Source of the DNA: an uncultured Deferribacteres bacterium
GTDB taxonomy: Bacteria; Zhuqueibacterota; Zhuqueibacteria; Zhuqueibacterales; Geothermadaptataceae
Direction of reading: 5' to 3'
Length of the DNA: 64,000 nt
Assembly: GCA_964014485.1 (NCBI GenBank)
Contig: CAXHAT010000005.1
Span: forward strand, 23,226 to 87,225
Below the pieces are notes generated by a model. That model was given only the letters and a program-made list of their open reading frames with translations, had not been told where the DNA came from and ran no database searches. Numbering within the stretch: position 1 is the first letter of the stretch; the number at the start of each line of letters is the position of its first letter. Below are positions 28,942 to 39,696 of the stretch, piece after piece. A program made the translations under genes and the position numbers.

Positions 28942-29057
28942 CCGATTATTCCGCCGTTGTTGAAACTTGCCGAAGCGATAGTGAATTGCCGCACTTCCGC
29001 GATAATTTACTCAAGCTTGTCATATTTGATTTAACCCATGAAATTTGAGCGTAACCC

Positions 29058-30818
29058 GTGCTGGGCGACAACATAGCTTTTTTCAGAACGGCAAGTCGGA
29101 GGGCTTCGTCAATCGCCTCGTCAGCATCAGTTTTTTTAAACTGTGCGGTCATTCTATGGGTTGGAGTTGCGGGCTGTGGAAAAAACGCCGGTACGAACGG
29201 AGCCGCCGATGCAGTTGACGCTGCTCCAGTTTTTTCTGAGATTTCCGGACAAAGTCAACTTGCCTTTACCCACTTCACCGGCTATGACAGCACCTATTTT
29301 GTGCCCGAAAGCATCGGCTCCGGCGCTGCGTTGCTCGACTACGACAACGACGGCGATCTTGACGTTTATTTCGTAAACGGCGCGCCGCACGGGCGGAATC
29401 GGCGTGATCAACCCAAACCGAAAAATCAGCTTTTTAGGCAAGAGACCGACAAGACGTTCACCAATGTTACGGATGCTTCCGGCTTGGGCGACACAGGCTA
29501 TGGAATGGGCGTTGCGGTCGGCGATATTGACAACGACGGTTTTGTTGACGTCTATATTTCGAATTACGGCCCCGATAAGCTCTACCGCAACAACGGCGAC
29601 GGCTCCTTTACCGACATTACCCGAAGCGCGAGAATCGTGAATCGAAATTGGGGGTGTTCGGTGGTTTTCTTTGACGGCGACATGGACGGTTTCCTGGATA
29701 TTTTTGTGACGAATTACCTGGCTTATAATCCGTCCAATCAATGCGTTTATGAGGCTGGGAGTCAGGATTATTGCGGGCCCGCAGGTTTTCCCGGCGTTGC
29801 TGACGTTTTGTACCGCAATAACGGTGACTTGACTTTTACGGATGTTTCACGGAAGGCGGGCGTCGCAGGCGTTGCTTTGCGCGGCCTCGGAGTCGTGAGC
29901 GCGGATTTTGACGGTGATCATCTTCCCGACGTTTACGTTGCCAATGACGGCGATCCAAACATATTGTGGGTTAACCAAGGTGACGGCACATTTACGGATG
30001 CTGCGTTGCGCATGGGTGCGGCGTTTAACGAAATGGGGCGTCCGGAAGCCGGGATGGGCGTCGCGGTCGGTGACGTTGACAACGACGCGGATTTTGATAT
30101 TTTTATCTCACACTTGCGCGGTGAAAGCAATACTTTTTACCGTAAGCAAGCGTTCGGCTTTCAGGATGACTCAGCGCCTTCCGGCATTGAAGGAAAGAGT
30201 CTGCCTTACACCGGTTTTGGAACCGGCTTCCTGGATTTTGAGAACGACGGCGATCTTGATCTTGCCGTTGTCAACGGGCGGGTGACGCGCGGCATGTTGC
30301 TTTCAAAGAAGCAGGCTGCGGAACATTGGGATTATTACGCCGAGCCAAATCTTCTTTTTGAAAATGACGGCGACGGTCGTTTTACGACAATTGGAGAAGC
30401 GGGAGATTTTTCCACGCTGATCGAAAACAGTCGAGGGTTGGCGATTGGAGACCTCGACAACGACGGCGGTGTTGACGCCTTGGTTACAAACGGCGGCGGA
30501 GATGCGCGTCTGTTTCGAAACGTTTCTGTTGAGAGAGGGCACTGGCTGATTGTTCGCGCCCTGAACCCAAAATTGAAGCGTGACGCTTACGGCGCCCAGG
30601 TAACAACGCATTTCGCCGGCAGAAAACTAACACGACTAATACAGCCCGGCTACAGTTTTCTGAGCAGCAACGATCCGCGCGCACATTTCGGCTTAGGTGA
30701 TTCAGCAGAGATTGACAGCCTGGTTGTTCAATGGCCGGACGGTGCAAAAGAGAAGTTTGTTGTGGATAGCGTAGACCGTATTTTGACCGTGGAGAAAGGA
30801 ACGGGCGACCAAAATTGA
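29058..30818 (+). CDS. CRTAC1-family FG-GAP/ASPIC-UnbV lipoprotein (start uncertain)
   Basis: ESIGSGAALLDYDNDGDLD, YGMGVAVGD, RDAYGAQV...YSFLSSNDPRAHFGLG. Confidence 0.92.
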   Translation: MLGDNIAFFRTASRRASSIASSASVFLNCAVILWVGVAGCGKNAGTNGAADAVDAAPVFSEISGQSQLAFTHFTGYDSTYFVPESIGSGAALLDYDNDGDLDVYFVNGAPHGRNRRDQPKPKNQLFRQETDKTFTNVTDASGLGDTGYGMGVAVGDIDNDGFVDVYISNYGPDKLYRNNGDGSFTDITRSARIVNRNWGCSVVFFDGDMDGFLDIFVTNYLAYNPSNQCVYEAGSQDYCGPAGFPGVADVLYRNNGDLTFTDVSRKAGVAGVALRGLGVVSADFDGDHLPDVYVANDGDPNILWVNQGDGTFTDAALRMGAAFNEMGRPEAGMGVAVGDVDNDADFDIFISHLRGESNTFYRKQAFGFQDDSAPSGIEGKSLPYTGFGTGFLDFENDGDLDLAVVNGRVTRGMLLSKKQAAEHWDYYAEPNLLFENDGDGRFTTIGEAGDFSTLIENSRGLAIGDLDNDGGVDALVTNGGGDARLFRNVSVERGHWLIVRALNPKLKRDAYGAQVTTHFAGRKLTRLIQPGYSFLSSNDPRAHFGLGDSAEIDSLVVQWPDGAKEKFVVDSVDRILTVEKGTGDQN

Positions 30819-30879
30819 TGCTTCTGGTGTTCTTCAATAGATCCACCCGCTTCACTTGCCATTCGACGACCTTGAGTAG

Positions 30880-32355
30880 ATGCTAAAACTCATTTGGCCT
30901 TTAAGCAAATCTTTACTATTCCTCAAAATCCTGATCGCCGCCGGAATTGCTGCGGCGAATTTTTCCTGCCAGAATTCATCCTCAAGCTTTGCAGATTTCC
31001 CCGAACCGAATTTCTCCGGCACTGAAAAACAGGTCGTTGAAAAAATAATGAAATTGCGCTCGACGGTTGAGAAAAACCCAGACTTAGGCTCGGCCTGGGG
31101 CAAGCTGGGGATGAACTTCGACGTGCATGATTTCCAGCGCGAAGCGATATTTTGCTATGAACGTGCGACCGCACTGGATTCAGCCGATTTTCGGTGGCCG
31201 TATTTTTATGCGCTCCTTTTGAACGAGGTTGGCGATCAAAATGCGTTTGCCTGGTTCGAGCGTTGCCGCGAAATGGACCCTGATTATCTGCCTCTTCTTG
31301 CTCATCTCGGGGAAGCCTCTCTAAACCGTGGAAAAATGGCCGAAGCTGCGGCCGCTTTTGAGCGCGCATTGTCGCTAAATTCAAATTCGATTTATGCGCG
31401 AATTGGGCTTTCGCGAATCGCCTTGCGAGAAGGAAAGGCGGAGCTAAGTCGGCAACACTTGATAACAGCGACGGAGATAGATACTTTGTCGCGTGAAGTA
31501 TATGGTTTGCTGGCGGAAACTTATCGCAGGCTTGGCAGGGGCGCCGAAGCTGAAGACGCCCAAAAGCGGGCGCAAGCGCTCCCGATGGTGACGGAAATAC
31601 AAGATTCAGTGCGCGACGAATTGGCGGCGGAAGGCGAAAGCGCTTATTGGTATCGAATACGCGGCGATAAATTGTTGAGTCAGGGAGAATTTGAAAAGGC
31701 GGCGCATCAGTTTGAAAAAGCATTGGTTTTTAAACCAAGCCGAAGCGGGAGCGTATTTCTTGCGGATTTATTCGAGAAAGCCGCCAATTTTTCAAAAGCG
31801 AAAGAGCATTTCCTCGCCGCGATTCGCCTCAATCCTTCGGACGCAGATTTGTATGTAAGCCTTGGGAAAACATTGTCTAAGCTTGGAGATTTCAAAGGTG
31901 CGATCGATTGGACGAACAGCGGGCTGCGAATGAATCCGCGCCATCCTGACCTTTACGAAAACCTGGCGAATTTTCATTTGGCTATCGGCCACCCGAAAGA
32001 CGCAATTGCCGCGTATCAGGATGGGTTGCGCTTCACGGGCGGCAACATCTTTTTGGCCACGCGCTTTGGGTGGTTGCTCGCTTCAGGGACTGATGCAAAT
32101 TACAGAGACGGCGCAAAAGCCGTGGAAATTCTCGAACGAGTTTGTGAAAAAATAAATTTTCAAAGCCCTGAGCCCATTGATGCGCTTGCCGCCGCATATG
32201 CAGAAAGCGGCGACTTTGGCCGCGCCGTTGAATTTGCCAATCGCGCCAGGAAGCAAGCGATAGCCTTGGAAGGCCGCGAATTAGCCGCCGACATTGAAAA
32301 AAGAATAGCGCTTTACAAGTCTGGAAAAGCGTATCGAATCTCGGAGGAGCGATAA
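30880..32355 (+). CDS. TPR-repeat lipoprotein
   Basis: Multiple TPR-like helices; AWGKLGM, RWPY; C-terminal DALAAAYAESGDF. Confidence 0.88.
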   Translation: MLKLIWPLSKSLLFLKILIAAGIAAANFSCQNSSSSFADFPEPNFSGTEKQVVEKIMKLRSTVEKNPDLGSAWGKLGMNFDVHDFQREAIFCYERATALDSADFRWPYFYALLLNEVGDQNAFAWFERCREMDPDYLPLLAHLGEASLNRGKMAEAAAAFERALSLNSNSIYARIGLSRIALREGKAELSRQHLITATEIDTLSREVYGLLAETYRRLGRGAEAEDAQKRAQALPMVTEIQDSVRDELAAEGESAYWYRIRGDKLLSQGEFEKAAHQFEKALVFKPSRSGSVFLADLFEKAANFSKAKEHFLAAIRLNPSDADLYVSLGKTLSKLGDFKGAIDWTNSGLRMNPRHPDLYENLANFHLAIGHPKDAIAAYQDGLRFTGGNIFLATRFGWLLASGTDANYRDGAKAVEILERVCEKINFQSPEPIDALAAAYAESGDFGRAVEFANRARKQAIALEGRELAADIEKRIALYKSGKAYRISEER

Positions 32356-32356
32356 C

Positions 32357-34135
32357 GTGGCAGGAAAGAAATGCGGCTTAATTTTTTTCGTCAAAAGTGC
32401 GATGCTTTTAACGGCGCTTGGGGGACTGATGAGTTGCGCTTATGACGATTCCGGACAAGGCAAGATTTTTCGGGACGCTACGGAGGAGTCGGGTCTAAAT
32501 TTTGTGCACTCGGCGACCGCGGACGCGTGCTACTTTATGCCGGAAAGCATTGGCTCGGGCGTGGCGTTGTTGGATTATGACAACGACGATGATCTTGATA
32601 TTTACCTTGTGAATCTTGCCTCGCATCATCCTGAAAAAACTGAGCAGCAAGCTGAAGTCAACCGCCTGTTTCGCCAGGAAGAAAGCGGCGTTTTTGTGGA
32701 TGTTACAGCCGAGTCTGGAATCGGCGACGCGGGGATTGGCATGGGCGCGACCGTTGGCGATTTCAATAACGACGGTTTTGCCGACGTTTACGTCACGAAT
32801 TATGGCCCGGACGCTCTTTACAAAAACAACGGTGACGGCACTTTTACGGACGTTACCGAAGCCGCCGGCGTCCTGAACGATAAATGGGCCTGCTCCGCAA
32901 TATTTTTTGATTTTGACCTGGATGGATTTCTCGATCTCTACGTGACGAATTACGTGGATTACGATTCGAGCTTCAAATGCCCGGACAAGGCCGGACGTCT
33001 TGAATATTGCGGGCCTAAAGCGTTCACCGGCGTCAGCGACGTTTTGTTCAAAAATACCGGCGACGGTTCTTTCACGGATGTGACTTGGAAAACGGGCGTC
33101 GGCGGCGTTGCCGCAAACGGTTTGGGCGTCGTATCAGCGGATTTTAATAACGACGGCTTTCCCGACCTGTACGTCGCCAATGACGCTGAACCGAATACGC
33201 TCTGGATCAATCAAAAGGGCGAAGGTTTTCAGGATCAGGCCTTGGAATTTGGCGTTGCCCTGAACGAGATGGGGCGGGAAGAAGCGAGCATGGGCGTCGC
33301 GCTGGGCGAAACGAGGGAGGGCGCCTATCCGGATTTGTTCATTTCGCACTTGCGAAGCGAAAGTAACACGTTGTACCGTTATTCCAATAGCTCAGGTTAC
33401 GAAGATCTTTCCGCCGCCGCCGGTTTCGGAGCGCCTGAATTGATTTCCTACACGGGATTCGGCGCGGGTTTTCTCGATTTCGACAATGACGGAGATTACG
33501 ATTTAGCCGTTGCCAACGGCCGCATTTTAAGAGCGCCAATACTCACCGAATCTGAGCCTGTGACGCGCTGGGATCATTACGCTGAGCCAAACTCATTGCT
33601 TGAAAATGATGGCGGGCGGTATCTTTTTTCGCACTTGCGTCAAGACCCTTTTTGCAAAAATATTGAAATGACCAGAGGCCTAGCGTTTGGCGATATCGAC
33701 AACGACGGGGACGTCGACATGGTGGCGTCAAATATCGGGAGCCAAGCGCGTTTATATTTGAACGAGGCTGGCGGACGCGGCGCCTGGCTCACAGTGAGTG
33801 CGATTGACCCGATTCTGAAGCGTGACGCCGTGGGAGCAAAAATTAGGGTCAAGACCAAAAGCAAAACGTACACAAAGTTTGTCGCACCAGCTTACAGCTT
33901 TTTGTCCAGCAATGATTTTCGCGTCCATTTCGGACTCGGCGCAGAAGATCGCGTGGAAGAGATCGTCATAGAGTGGCCCGGCGGCGAAGTGGAAGTTTTT
34001 CCCGGCGTTGCGGCGAATCAATTCGTTGTCTTGAAGAAAGGACAGACGGGAAAATCAAGCGCCGCGAGAGAGAAGGCCGAGTCACAAGTTCCAAAAGCTG
34101 CGATCTCGCGGGATTACGCGCAGAACGCTTTTTAA
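32357..34135 (+). CDS. CRTAC1-family FG-GAP/ASPIC-UnbV lipoprotein, paralog of 29058
   Basis: ESIGSGVALLDYDNDDDLD, RDAVGAKI...YSFLSSNDFRVHFGLG; LMSC. Confidence 0.92.
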   Translation: MAGKKCGLIFFVKSAMLLTALGGLMSCAYDDSGQGKIFRDATEESGLNFVHSATADACYFMPESIGSGVALLDYDNDDDLDIYLVNLASHHPEKTEQQAEVNRLFRQEESGVFVDVTAESGIGDAGIGMGATVGDFNNDGFADVYVTNYGPDALYKNNGDGTFTDVTEAAGVLNDKWACSAIFFDFDLDGFLDLYVTNYVDYDSSFKCPDKAGRLEYCGPKAFTGVSDVLFKNTGDGSFTDVTWKTGVGGVAANGLGVVSADFNNDGFPDLYVANDAEPNTLWINQKGEGFQDQALEFGVALNEMGREEASMGVALGETREGAYPDLFISHLRSESNTLYRYSNSSGYEDLSAAAGFGAPELISYTGFGAGFLDFDNDGDYDLAVANGRILRAPILTESEPVTRWDHYAEPNSLLENDGGRYLFSHLRQDPFCKNIEMTRGLAFGDIDNDGDVDMVASNIGSQARLYLNEAGGRGAWLTVSAIDPILKRDAVGAKIRVKTKSKTYTKFVAPAYSFLSSNDFRVHFGLGAEDRVEEIVIEWPGGEVEVFPGVAANQFVVLKKGQTGKSSAAREKAESQVPKAAISRDYAQNAF

Positions 34136-34148
34136 CAAGAGAAGACAT

Positions 34149-35171
34149 GTGAAAAGGTTAGGCAAAATTTTCCCGCTGGCGCTTATTGCGGCATGTTCAG
34201 CGAATAACTTCGAGCAAGAGCTGCCGAACCTGGATTTCACAGGAATGGAGCAGCAGGTCGTTGACAAAATCGACTCTCTTCAATCCGCCGCAGGGCTTAG
34301 CCCGGATTCGGCGGAGGTTTGGGGTAGAATCGGGATGAACTTGTACATTCACGATTTGCGAACGGAAGCCGCACCCTATTTTGAACGTGCGGCCAAGCTG
34401 GACGGCAATGCGTTCAAGTGGCCCTACCTGCTCGCTTATACTTACGACGTTTTACATGATCCGCGCTCAGTTGATTGGTACGCGCGCAGCTTGCCCCTGA
34501 GAGCGAATTTTGCTCCCGTTCATGTGCGATATGGCGAAGCGCTGCTCAAAGCCGGACGAATTGAAGAAGCCGAAACCGCCTTTCAGCAGGCCGCTGAGCT
34601 GCACCCGAAAACAGCGCAATCGCTTCTCGGGCTTGCGCAAATCGCTTTTTCACGAAAAGATTATGAAAGGAGCCTGGATTTTGTCAATAAGGCGTTAAGA
34701 CAAAATCCGCGTTACGGCGAGGCCTACGGCTTGTTGGCCACCGTCCACCGCAGGATGGGAGCGCAGGAGAAATCGAACGTAGCGATGGAAAAAGCCCGCA
34801 TGTTCCCTGCGGATACAAAGCTTCGCGACCCGGTGATTTCAGAAATGATCAAAGAAGGCGTGAGCGTGTATTGGTATAAATACCGCGCGCGCGAATTTGC
34901 CTCGCGCGCTCGATTTAATGCTGCAATTCATGAATACAATCAGGCGCTGAAGTACAAAGCCTCCGCCGATACTCATGTGCAGTTGGGCAGAATCTATCAG
35001 ATTTTGGGGCGCCTTCCCGCCGCCGCTGAGCAACTTCTCCATGCACTTAATCTAAACCCGGACGATCTCGGTGTGATGCGGATTCTGCTCGGCGTATATA
35101 AGAAATCGGGCCAGGGAAAATTGGCGCGAGACTTGGAAAAAAAAATTAATCAGTTAGAAAACCGAACGTGA
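34149..35171 (+). CDS. TPR-repeat lipoprotein, paralog of 30880
   Basis: IAAC lipobox; EQQVVDKI, VWGRIGMN, KWPY shared with 30880. Confidence 0.88.
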   Translation: MKRLGKIFPLALIAACSANNFEQELPNLDFTGMEQQVVDKIDSLQSAAGLSPDSAEVWGRIGMNLYIHDLRTEAAPYFERAAKLDGNAFKWPYLLAYTYDVLHDPRSVDWYARSLPLRANFAPVHVRYGEALLKAGRIEEAETAFQQAAELHPKTAQSLLGLAQIAFSRKDYERSLDFVNKALRQNPRYGEAYGLLATVHRRMGAQEKSNVAMEKARMFPADTKLRDPVISEMIKEGVSVYWYKYRAREFASRARFNAAIHEYNQALKYKASADTHVQLGRIYQILGRLPAAAEQLLHALNLNPDDLGVMRILLGVYKKSGQGKLARDLEKKINQLENRT

Positions 35172-35206
35172 GTGCGCGGCTTAAATGCGCATAGCTTCTG
35201 GAGACG

Positions 35207-38200
35207 ATGAAAAGAATAAGTAAAAACAAAGCCGATTTGCAACGAACGAAGCCAACTATATTGAAGGGCTTAAAGCTTGGTTTTGCATTTTTCGCTTTGA
35301 CGTTTTTTCAATGCAGTCTTGATCATACTTTGCACTGGAATGAAGCCGACGGGTATCGTTGGTCTGAGGTCAATTTCAGCACGAGCAAGGAAGTCGGGTT
35401 CACAGCAATGTCGAACGAAGAAACCCAGGTTGTATTTCAGAATGAACTGACGGAAGAGCTCATTGTTCGCAACCACGTTCTGTTGAACGGCTCCGGGCTT
35501 GCGCTTGGTGACGTTGACGGCGACGGGCTGACGGACATTTATTTCTGCCGTTTGGACGGCCCAAACGTGCTGTACAAGAATCTCGGCGATTGGAAATTCC
35601 AAGACGTAACCGAGAACGCCGGCGTCGCTTGCCCTGACGAATTTTCTACCGGAGCGGTTTTCTCGGACTTGGACGGTGATTTTGACCTCGACCTGCTCGT
35701 CACGTCCATCGGCGGGAAAAACTTCTTTTTCTTGAATGACGGTAAGGGCGTGTTTACTGAGGAAAGTGAAAAACGGGGGCTCAAATCCGGCTCAGGCGCG
35801 ACCACAATGGCTCTTGCTGACATTGACGGCGACGGCGATCTTGATCTTTACGTCACGAATTACAAGGCGCTGCGAGCCAACAACATCTTCATGCCGCACG
35901 AGCTGAACTATGAAAATATTATCGAGAAAGACGAGGCCAACGGAACTTTCAAAATTCGCGAAAAATATCAGGGTCACTACGATTTGGTTTTTGTCGACAA
36001 TTTCATTTTGTGGGAGGAGCGCGGGGAACCTGACGCACTTTATCTCAACGACGGCGAGGGACGGTTTGAATTAACCGCGCCGGATGCAGGCGCCTTTTTC
36101 GACGAAGCCGGGAAACCGGTTGAAACGTTTTATGATTGGGGGCTTGCGGCAAAATTCCAAGACGTCAACAATGACGGTCACCCGGATCTGTATGTTTGCA
36201 ACGACTTCAATAGTCCGGACAGAATCTGGATGAACGACGGAACGGGGCGGTTTCAGGCGATAAAAAAGCAAGCCATTCGACACACTTCGCACTCCTCGAT
36301 GGCGGTGGATTTTGCGGATGTTGAAAGAGACGGAGATTTGGACGTTTTTGTCATCGATATGCTGGGCATGAATCATCAAAGACAAAAAATGCAGTTCAAC
36401 ACGATGCCGCCGACAAGCGCCAAAATCGGTGCGTTGGACGACCGGCTGCAATACATGAGAAACACATTGTTGTTGAATGCCGGGCATGATGAATACACGG
36501 AAATCGGCAGATTCAGCGGCGTGCACGCCTCGGATTGGTCATGGTCTGCAAATTTTCTCGATATCGATTTGGACGGCTACGAAGATATTCTGATTGCGAC
36601 CGGCCAGATCAGCGACACGCAGAATATGGACGTGCGGAAGAAAATGATAGATCAAAATTTTTCTGGCATGGCGAACGCGCCGGAGACGATTTTGAGATAT
36701 CCGCGGCTGCCTTTGCCGAACGTCAGCTTTCGGAACAACGGCGACCTGACTTTTACTGAAACTTCCGACGAATGGCGATGGGGGGGAGACGCTGACATAA
36801 GCCACGGGATGGCCTTGGGCGACTTGGACAACGACGGCGATTTGGACGTTGTGGTCAATCGATTTCAGCAGCCTGCGGGATTGTTTAGAAATGACGCTTC
36901 GCAAAATCGGGTTACGGTTCGTCTGCGCGGCGCGGCTCCAAACACGCAAGGCGTTGGCGCCAAGATTCGCTTCACGGGCAACGGGGCGCCGCAAATGAAA
37001 GAAGCTACGCTCGGCGGGTCGTATCTTTCAGGGAATGCTCAGACATATACTTTTGCCGCGGTAGAAGGAAAAGCTGAACTTGCGCTCGAAATTACCTGGA
37101 GAAATGGCGCGAAAAGCAAAATTGAAGACGTTCAACCGAATCGAATTTATGAGATTTTTGAAGAGGGCGCGCAGACGGTCGCCCAAGAGTCTGAACTTTC
37201 GAGCACTGAGCCTTTCTTTAAAAATGTTGACCAGGGAATTGATTTCAAGCACAGCGAAGAATTGTTTGATGATTTTTCTCGGCAACCGTTGCTGCCCTTG
37301 AAACTGAGCCAACCAGGGCCGGGCGTCGCTGTTCAAGACACTGACTTTGACGGCGACGATGACTTGTTCATAACCTCTGGAAGAAACGGCAAGCCTGCGC
37401 ACTTCGAAAATCTCGGTGACGGCTCCTGGCGAAAGCGAACCGACGCGCTTCTTGCAGGAAGAGCCGTTTTGGATCAGCCCGCCGTTTTGAGTTGGGTTGA
37501 AGGCGATGAGTCGGACGGCAAAGTTGTTCTTGTGACGGCGTTCTCGAATTACGAAAACCCCGCACATCACTCCTTTGTACTGAAATATGTTCTGGAGCGC
37601 GGTAAAACCGTCGCCGTCGATACAATTTTTACGACAACGGCTGATATTGGCCCGCTTGCCGCCGCTGACTACGACAATGACGACGATCTCGACTTGTTTG
37701 TCGGCGGACGCTCTACGCCCGGACAATATCCGACGCCCCCGTCGTCTTTTCTGCTCATTAATGAAGACGGGGCTTTCAAGCCGGACGACCGGAATAACAA
37801 AAACTTGCAAAATTTCGGCATGGTGAGTCAGGCGATATTTTCAGATATTGATCATGACCATGATCCCGATTTGATCATCGCCGAACAATGGGGGCCGGTG
37901 ACGGTTTTCCGAAATGAACAAGGCGTTTACCGCGACGCGACCGAAAAATTGGGCCTGGACAAATATCTCGGTTTGTGGAACGGACTGACCACAGCAGATA
38001 TCGACGGCGACGGCAGGCTCGATATTCTGGCGACAAATTGGGGCAGGAACAGCAGGTATTCGTTTGACCCGGATTATCCCATTCGCTTGTTCTACGGCGA
38101 TCTTGACAGAAACGGAACGACCGAGGTCATCGAAGCTTTTTTTGAGCACGACCTGGGCGTGTACGTCCCGTATCACCGGCTGGAAAAATTGATTCAGGCA

Positions 38201-38968
38201 ACGCCTTTTACTCAAATACGCATGCCGACTTTTTCACGGTTCGCCAATTCGGGCCTGGACAAAATTCTCGGGACGGATTTGGCGAATTTACCGCAGCTTT
38301 CGATCAACACTTTGGACAACACGTTGTTCATAAACAGAAGCGACGGATTTTCCGGAACGTCTCTTCCTGACGATGCAAATTTTTCTCCGGCCTTTCATGT
38401 CGGAGCAGCCGATTTTGACAACGACGGCGATTTTGACGTTTTCTTGTCACAGAATTTTTTTGGAGAATTACCGGAATACGGTAAATCAGATGCGGGACGC
38501 GGGTTGTGGCTGGAAAACGATGGAACGGGCAAATTTCGGAGCGTCTCAAGCGCTGAATCCGGAGTGCGGGTTTATGGCGAACAGCGCGGCGCGGGGTTCG
38601 GTGATTTCAATTCAGACGGGCGCATCGATTTTGTTGTGTCACAGAACGGCGCAGCGGTTGAGCTTTTCCAGAACAAAAAGGCCAAACCCGGCTTGAGAAT
38701 CAAGCTGCGCTATAAAGCTAAAAATTACACAGCCGTCGGCGCAAAAGTTCGCACGAAGCTCAAAGACGGAAGCGGGCCATTGTATGAATTGAAGGCCGGT
38801 TCGGGTTACAGGTCGCAAGGCGGCTCGACGATAATCGCCGGCAATAGAGAAGAAATAACCGGCGTTGAAGTCCTTTGGCCCGACGGGAAGATCGCCCAGT
38901 TTGAAGTTCCGCCGGATGCAAAAGAAGTCGTTTGTTATTACGACGGGAGACTCGAAACGCGAGAATAG
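35207..38968 (+). CDS. Long FG-GAP/VCBS lipoprotein with two ASPIC-UnbV domains, paralog of 23667
   Basis: GYRW, LLNGSG, YMRN, SDWSWS, DISHGMALGD, VYGEQRGA blocks shared with 23667. Confidence 0.92.
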   Translation: MKRISKNKADLQRTKPTILKGLKLGFAFFALTFFQCSLDHTLHWNEADGYRWSEVNFSTSKEVGFTAMSNEETQVVFQNELTEELIVRNHVLLNGSGLALGDVDGDGLTDIYFCRLDGPNVLYKNLGDWKFQDVTENAGVACPDEFSTGAVFSDLDGDFDLDLLVTSIGGKNFFFLNDGKGVFTEESEKRGLKSGSGATTMALADIDGDGDLDLYVTNYKALRANNIFMPHELNYENIIEKDEANGTFKIREKYQGHYDLVFVDNFILWEERGEPDALYLNDGEGRFELTAPDAGAFFDEAGKPVETFYDWGLAAKFQDVNNDGHPDLYVCNDFNSPDRIWMNDGTGRFQAIKKQAIRHTSHSSMAVDFADVERDGDLDVFVIDMLGMNHQRQKMQFNTMPPTSAKIGALDDRLQYMRNTLLLNAGHDEYTEIGRFSGVHASDWSWSANFLDIDLDGYEDILIATGQISDTQNMDVRKKMIDQNFSGMANAPETILRYPRLPLPNVSFRNNGDLTFTETSDEWRWGGDADISHGMALGDLDNDGDLDVVVNRFQQPAGLFRNDASQNRVTVRLRGAAPNTQGVGAKIRFTGNGAPQMKEATLGGSYLSGNAQTYTFAAVEGKAELALEITWRNGAKSKIEDVQPNRIYEIFEEGAQTVAQESELSSTEPFFKNVDQGIDFKHSEELFDDFSRQPLLPLKLSQPGPGVAVQDTDFDGDDDLFITSGRNGKPAHFENLGDGSWRKRTDALLAGRAVLDQPAVLSWVEGDESDGKVVLVTAFSNYENPAHHSFVLKYVLERGKTVAVDTIFTTTADIGPLAAADYDNDDDLDLFVGGRSTPGQYPTPPSSFLLINEDGAFKPDDRNNKNLQNFGMVSQAIFSDIDHDHDPDLIIAEQWGPVTVFRNEQGVYRDATEKLGLDKYLGLWNGLTTADIDGDGRLDILATNWGRNSRYSFDPDYPIRLFYGDLDRNGTTEVIEAFFEHDLGVYVPYHRLEKLIQATPFTQIRMPTFSRFANSGLDKILGTDLANLPQLSINTLDNTLFINRSDGFSGTSLPDDANFSPAFHVGAADFDNDGDFDVFLSQNFFGELPEYGKSDAGRGLWLENDGTGKFRSVSSAESGVRVYGEQRGAGFGDFNSDGRIDFVVSQNGAAVELFQNKKAKPGLRIKLRYKAKNYTAVGAKVRTKLKDGSGPLYELKAGSGYRSQGGSTIIAGNREEITGVEVLWPDGKIAQFEVPPDAKEVVCYYDGRLETRE

Positions 38969-39150
38969 AAAGGTGAATTGAGCGCTCTAAGGTGTTTTTA
39001 AAAGGCGTCAAAGTAAGCAATTATTCATCCGGGATTGTAATTTTGAGAACATCTTTTTTAGGATTTATTGTTCGGCGCGGAACAAAATGCGGTTATTTCA
39101 ATAGAGTTATTCGAGTGAACGCTTGACAAATTTCAAAGAGGAGTAAGGTC

Positions 39151-39645
39151 ATGACCAGACGGATCGCTGCAATTGCTGCTGCAACGCTTTTGTTGTTAAA
39201 CTTGAGCTGCGCAGGATCTTCCGGCAGAAGCAGTATAAATAACACTTATTCAAGCGAGGCGGGATCGGCGACGGGGCATGATTTGAAAGAAAAAGCCAAC
39301 TTCGTTTTTGCCAAACTGAATTATCAATTCGAAAGGTTTGAGCAGTTCCAGACGAGAATCTACCTGGAAACCTTTTGGCGCGACCGCACGCCATTTCCAG
39401 ATGAAGCGGCGATTGGCGCGCAAATCGCAAGAACGCGGTTTATTTTACGAGCAAGAGAGCGAGTGAGCAAGTCGGACAGCGAACTCAGCGTTTACAAAGT
39501 TCGCATTACCGGAGAAAACGAAGTGAAATTTAACGAAGACGACGGCTGGGTTCGTTTGCCGCTTACTGCCGCCGCCGAAGAGTACATTCGGTCTTGTATT
39601 TCGGAGTATAGGTCGGAGATAAATTCGGGCATTCGAGTGTATTGA
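39151..39645 (+). CDS. Hypothetical lipoprotein
   Basis: GAGGAG SD; NLSC lipobox. Confidence 0.65.
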   Translation: MTRRIAAIAAATLLLLNLSCAGSSGRSSINNTYSSEAGSATGHDLKEKANFVFAKLNYQFERFEQFQTRIYLETFWRDRTPFPDEAAIGAQIARTRFILRARERVSKSDSELSVYKVRITGENEVKFNEDDGWVRLPLTAAAEEYIRSCISEYRSEINSGIRVY

Positions 39646-39696
39646 GGCCGATGCGTTTCCTGAGGCAGTGGCAAACGGGATTTTGATAGCCGCGAT

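Noticed and set aside
23667..38968. Enediyne biosynthetic cluster (UnbV homologs)
   Set aside because: No PKSE, thioesterase, UnbL or UnbU-like genes are visible
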